Source of the DNA: an uncultured cyanobacterium
GTDB taxonomy: Bacteria > Cyanobacteriota > Cyanobacteriia > Cyanobacteriales > Cyanobacteriaceae
Direction: 5' to 3'
Assembly: GCA_963749915.1 (NCBI GenBank)
Contig: CAVVOP010000022.1
Location: forward strand, 544,001-608,000
Length of the DNA stretch: 64,000 bases
Positions 60,865 through 64,000 of this stretch are shown piece by piece. The notes under the pieces were generated by a model. It was not told the origin of the DNA and made no database searches. It saw nothing but the letters and a program-made list of their open reading frames with translations. Positions within the stretch are counted from its first letter, which is position 1. Each line of letters begins with the position of its first letter. Both the position numbers and the translations under genes were made by a program.

Positions 60865-62106
60865 ATGTCTGATTGGCAAGTAATTGAAGGGGGTATCACC
60901 GCCCCTAAGGGCTTTAAATCTTCAGGAATTACCGCAGGATTAAAACCCTCCAAAGCACCAGATTTATCCTTAATTTACTCAGAAACCGATGCGATCGCCG
61001 CCGGGGTTTTTACCACTTCCGAAGTTCGTGCCGCTTGTGTAGATTATTGTCGCCAAAAATTACAAAAAAAGTCTAGTGCCAGAGCCATTATCTGTAATGC
61101 TGGTCAGGCCAATGCTGCCACTGGAGAACAAGGTTTGCAAGATGCTTTAGATACGGCTTCGGTTTTAGCTAAAGAATTAAATATCGATGCAGACTCCATT
61201 TTATTAGCCTCTACCGGGGTAATTGGACAACGCATCAAAATGGATATATTGATAAATGCCATACCTCAATTGGTGGCGGAATTATCGGAAAATGGTGGGG
61301 AGGCAACGGCAAAAGCCATTATTACCACTGACTTAGTTACCAAATCCATCGCCCTTGAAACTATGATAGATGATCGCCCAGTGCGCATTGGCGGTATTTC
61401 TAAAGGTTCGGGGATGATTCACCCTAATATGGCTACTATGCTTGGTTTTATTACCTGTGATGCGGCGGTTTCTACTCAACTATGGCAACAAATGTTAAAA
61501 CGGGCGACGGATAAGAGTTTTAATCAAATTACCGTTGACGGCGACACCAGCACTAATGATAGTTTAATCGCTCTTGCCAATGGGCAATCTCGCACCCCTG
61601 CTATTACTAGGTTAGACGAAAATGGGCAAAAATTAGAGGCGATGCTTACGGAAGTATGTCAACATTTAGCGAAGGCGATCGCCCGTGATGGTGAGGGTGC
61701 AACTTGTTTAATCGAAGTAGAGGTGCAAGGCGCTAACGATGAAGCCTCCGCCCGTCAAATAGCTAAAACCATTGTGGGATCATCCCTCGTGAAATCGGCC
61801 ATTTTTGGACGAGATCCTAATTGGGGCAGAATTGCCGCCGCCGCAGGTCGAGCGGGAGTAGCATTTAACCAAAATGATTTAATGATTAAACTTGGTGACT
61901 TTTTGTTAATGGAAAGAGGACAACCTCAAGCTTTCGATCGCCAAGGTGCAAGTAATTATCTTAAACAAGCCGCCGCTGGGGAATATTTAAAAACAGACAC
62001 TGTCACGATTTCTGTGACTGTGGGTAACGGTTCGGGAGTTGGAAAGGCTTGGGGCTGTGATTTGAGCTACGATTACGTCAAGATTAACGCTGAATATACA
62101 ACTTAA
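60865..62106 (+). CDS. argJ: Bifunctional ornithine acetyltransferase/N-acetylglutamate synthase
   Basis: KGSGMIHPNMATML, VDGDTSTND, RDGEGAT, DPNWGRI, WGCDLSYDYVKINAEY. Confidence 0.97.
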   Translation: MSDWQVIEGGITAPKGFKSSGITAGLKPSKAPDLSLIYSETDAIAAGVFTTSEVRAACVDYCRQKLQKKSSARAIICNAGQANAATGEQGLQDALDTASVLAKELNIDADSILLASTGVIGQRIKMDILINAIPQLVAELSENGGEATAKAIITTDLVTKSIALETMIDDRPVRIGGISKGSGMIHPNMATMLGFITCDAAVSTQLWQQMLKRATDKSFNQITVDGDTSTNDSLIALANGQSRTPAITRLDENGQKLEAMLTEVCQHLAKAIARDGEGATCLIEVEVQGANDEASARQIAKTIVGSSLVKSAIFGRDPNWGRIAAAAGRAGVAFNQNDLMIKLGDFLLMERGQPQAFDRQGASNYLKQAAAGEYLKTDTVTISVTVGNGSGVGKAWGCDLSYDYVKINAEYTT

Positions 62107-62119
62107 CAATGAACAATAA

Positions 62120-62674
62120 ATGGAGAATATTTTAAGAGGTTTAAACGTTTATTTGATAGGTATGATGGGTTCAGGTAAAACTACTGTAGGCAAGTTATTA
62201 GCAGAAAAATTACATTATCGTTTCTTAGATACCGATTCCATCATCGAAAAAGTCAGCCAAAAAACCATTAATCAAATTTTTGCCGAAGAAGGAGAAGCGA
62301 GTTTCCGTCAATTAGAAAGTGATGTTTTAAAGGAAGTTTCTGCTTATATTCGCACCGTTATCGCCACGGGGGGGGGTATTATTCTCCTTCAGAATAATTG
62401 GAGTCACTTGCGTGATGGTATAGTTATTTGGTTAGATTTACCTGTAAATGTATTAGTCAAAAGATTGGCCGGTGATAACACTCGCCCATTATTACATCAA
62501 GAAGAGTTAACCGCAAAATTAACAGATTTACTACAACAAAGACAGTCATTGTATCAACAAGCTGATATTACCCTTCCTCTCAGCGATAAAGATACCCCTG
62601 AAGATATTGTCAACAAATTACTTAGGGAAATTCCCCTTCACGTCAAGCCAGAGTTTAACCCAGATTTAAATTAA
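62120..62674 (+). CDS. aroK: Shikimate kinase
   Basis: LIGMMGSGKTTVG, DTD, GEASFRQLE, ATGGG, RPLL. Confidence 0.95.
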   Translation: MENILRGLNVYLIGMMGSGKTTVGKLLAEKLHYRFLDTDSIIEKVSQKTINQIFAEEGEASFRQLESDVLKEVSAYIRTVIATGGGIILLQNNWSHLRDGIVIWLDLPVNVLVKRLAGDNTRPLLHQEELTAKLTDLLQQRQSLYQQADITLPLSDKDTPEDIVNKLLREIPLHVKPEFNPDLN

Positions 62675-62718
62675 AAATTAACAACTAATTTATCATAACT
62701 ACTGTAGAAGAACCACAA

Positions 62719-64000
62719 TTATAATCGATTTTCGATGGCATTTGACCAAGTATTAGTTATAGTCTTAACATCTAAATTAATCAGATTATTAATACTTAAA
62801 ACCGTTGATTTTACTTGCCCAATTTGTTGCCAGCTATTGCCTAGTTTTTTTGTTAATAAAGTATTCCATTGGGCCTTATTTTCGGGCTTAATCGACACAA
62901 TAATGAAACTCGCTAATTCTCCGAATAAAACATTATCTAAACGAGTATTAATTGCTGGTAAAGTCACTTCACAGCCTAAATTACCACTGATGCAGCACTC
63001 CGCTAAAGCCACAGAAATCCCTCCTTCCGTGCAATCATGAGCAGATTTAACAAAACCTTGGCGAATACCCTCACGACAAACCATTTGTACCTGTTTTTCT
63101 AACTTATAATCCAGTTCTGGTGGTTTTCCAGCTACGATATTGTGAATAGTAGCTAAATATTCCGATGCACCTAAATTGGGGCTAAATTTACCCAAAATAT
63201 AGATTAAATCGCCTTCTTTTTGCCAACCCTGCCCACAAATTTTGTTGATGTCAGGAATTAACCCCACCATGCCAATAACGGGGGTTGGGTAAATGGGTTG
63301 GGGGTTGCCTTCACTGTCAACGGTTTCGTTATACAAGGAGACATTACCGCCTGTTACGGGGGTGTTAAACTCTCCACAAGCCTCTGAAATTCCCCGACAA
63401 GCGTGGTGTAACTGCCAATAACCGGTGGGTTTTTCAGGGCTACCAAAATTAAGATTATCTGTAACTGCAATAGGTTCAGCTCCAACACAACTCAAGTTAC
63501 GGGCGGCCTCAGCTACGGCTAATTTTGCCCCCAAATACGGATCTAAATATACATAACGGGGGTTGCAGTCAGTAGTTGCTGCTATGGCTGTCTTGGCTAA
63601 CTCTGGCTTACTGCTAAGAGGGCGCACTCTAATGATTGCCGCATCTGCACCGCCCGGAAGCATTACGGTGTTATTTTGTACCTGGTGATCATATTGACGA
63701 TATATCCACCGTTTCGAGGCAATGGTAGGAGTATCTAACAAATTTAAGAGAATTTGCCCCCAATTTTCACCATTAACGCCGTTTTTCTCTACTTTTGTTA
63801 ATTCTGCTTCTGTCCAAAACCCTGCTTTCCTTGCATATTCTGGAGGATTTATCAAGACTTGATGATGATAAATGGGGGTATTATCAGCTAAAGCAGTAGA
63901 TGGCACTTCGGCGGCGATGGTTCCCTGATGTAGTATTCTAACCATAGATTCAGGGATAACCTTACCGGCGACAACGGCATGAAGTCCCCACCTTTCAAAG
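62719..64000 (-). CDS. purL: Phosphoribosylformylglycinamidine synthase subunit PurL, C-terminal part; gene begins beyond the window
   Basis: [37 protein letters not shown]; the frame is open to the window edge. Confidence 0.95.
   Translation of the reverse strand, partial: FERWGLHAVVAGKVIPESMVRILHQGTIAAEVPSTALADNTPIYHHQVLINPPEYARKAGFWTEAELTKVEKNGVNGENWGQILLNLLDTPTIASKRWIYRQYDHQVQNNTVMLPGGADAAIIRVRPLSSKPELAKTAIAATTDCNPRYVYLDPYLGAKLAVAEAARNLSCVGAEPIAVTDNLNFGSPEKPTGYWQLHHACRGISEACGEFNTPVTGGNVSLYNETVDSEGNPQPIYPTPVIGMVGLIPDINKICGQGWQKEGDLIYILGKFSPNLGASEYLATIHNIVAGKPPELDYKLEKQVQMVCREGIRQGFVKSAHDCTEGGISVALAECCISGNLGCEVTLPAINTRLDNVLFGELASFIIVSIKPENKAQWNTLLTKKLGNSWQQIGQVKSTVLSINNLINLDVKTITNTWSNAIENRL

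Noticed and set aside
920..63040. Many short ORFs antisense to or nested within long genes (e.g. 920..1168, 3555..3929, 7462..7962, 22251..22646, 57788..58120)
   Set aside because: Shadow ORFs of well-supported genes, with no recognisable motifs

Overview
AT-rich cyanobacterial chromosomal window. HIP1 GCGATCGC is frequent and the gene content suggests a Cyanobacterium/Geminocystis-like unicellular strain (inferred). Most of the window is housekeeping genes (Mg-chelatase H 3' end, acetate-CoA ligase/GNAT, mutS2, ndhD2, purN, mreC, rnz, deoC, recO, infC, argJ, aroK, purL 3' part). It also holds an olefin synthase PKS (ols) and three paralogous CSLREA/beta-helix exoprotein genes. The main accessory feature is a ~15.25-kb defence island at 9514-24763. 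It encodes a DUF499 ATPase / DUF3780-like / DUF1156 methyltransferase / PLD-SNF2 restriction-like system, two PemK/MazF-type TA cassettes, an ABC-ATPase plus putative nuclease pair and a four-helix-bundle gene. The island appears to lie between a left end and a right end of an IS200/IS605 element: removing 9514-24763 in silico restores an in-frame stop codon to the upstream gene. Its central block is inverted relative to the canonical operon order, with heptamer-repeat arrays at the junctions. No rRNA, tRNA or CRISPR array was seen. All family names come from motif recognition; no database search was run.
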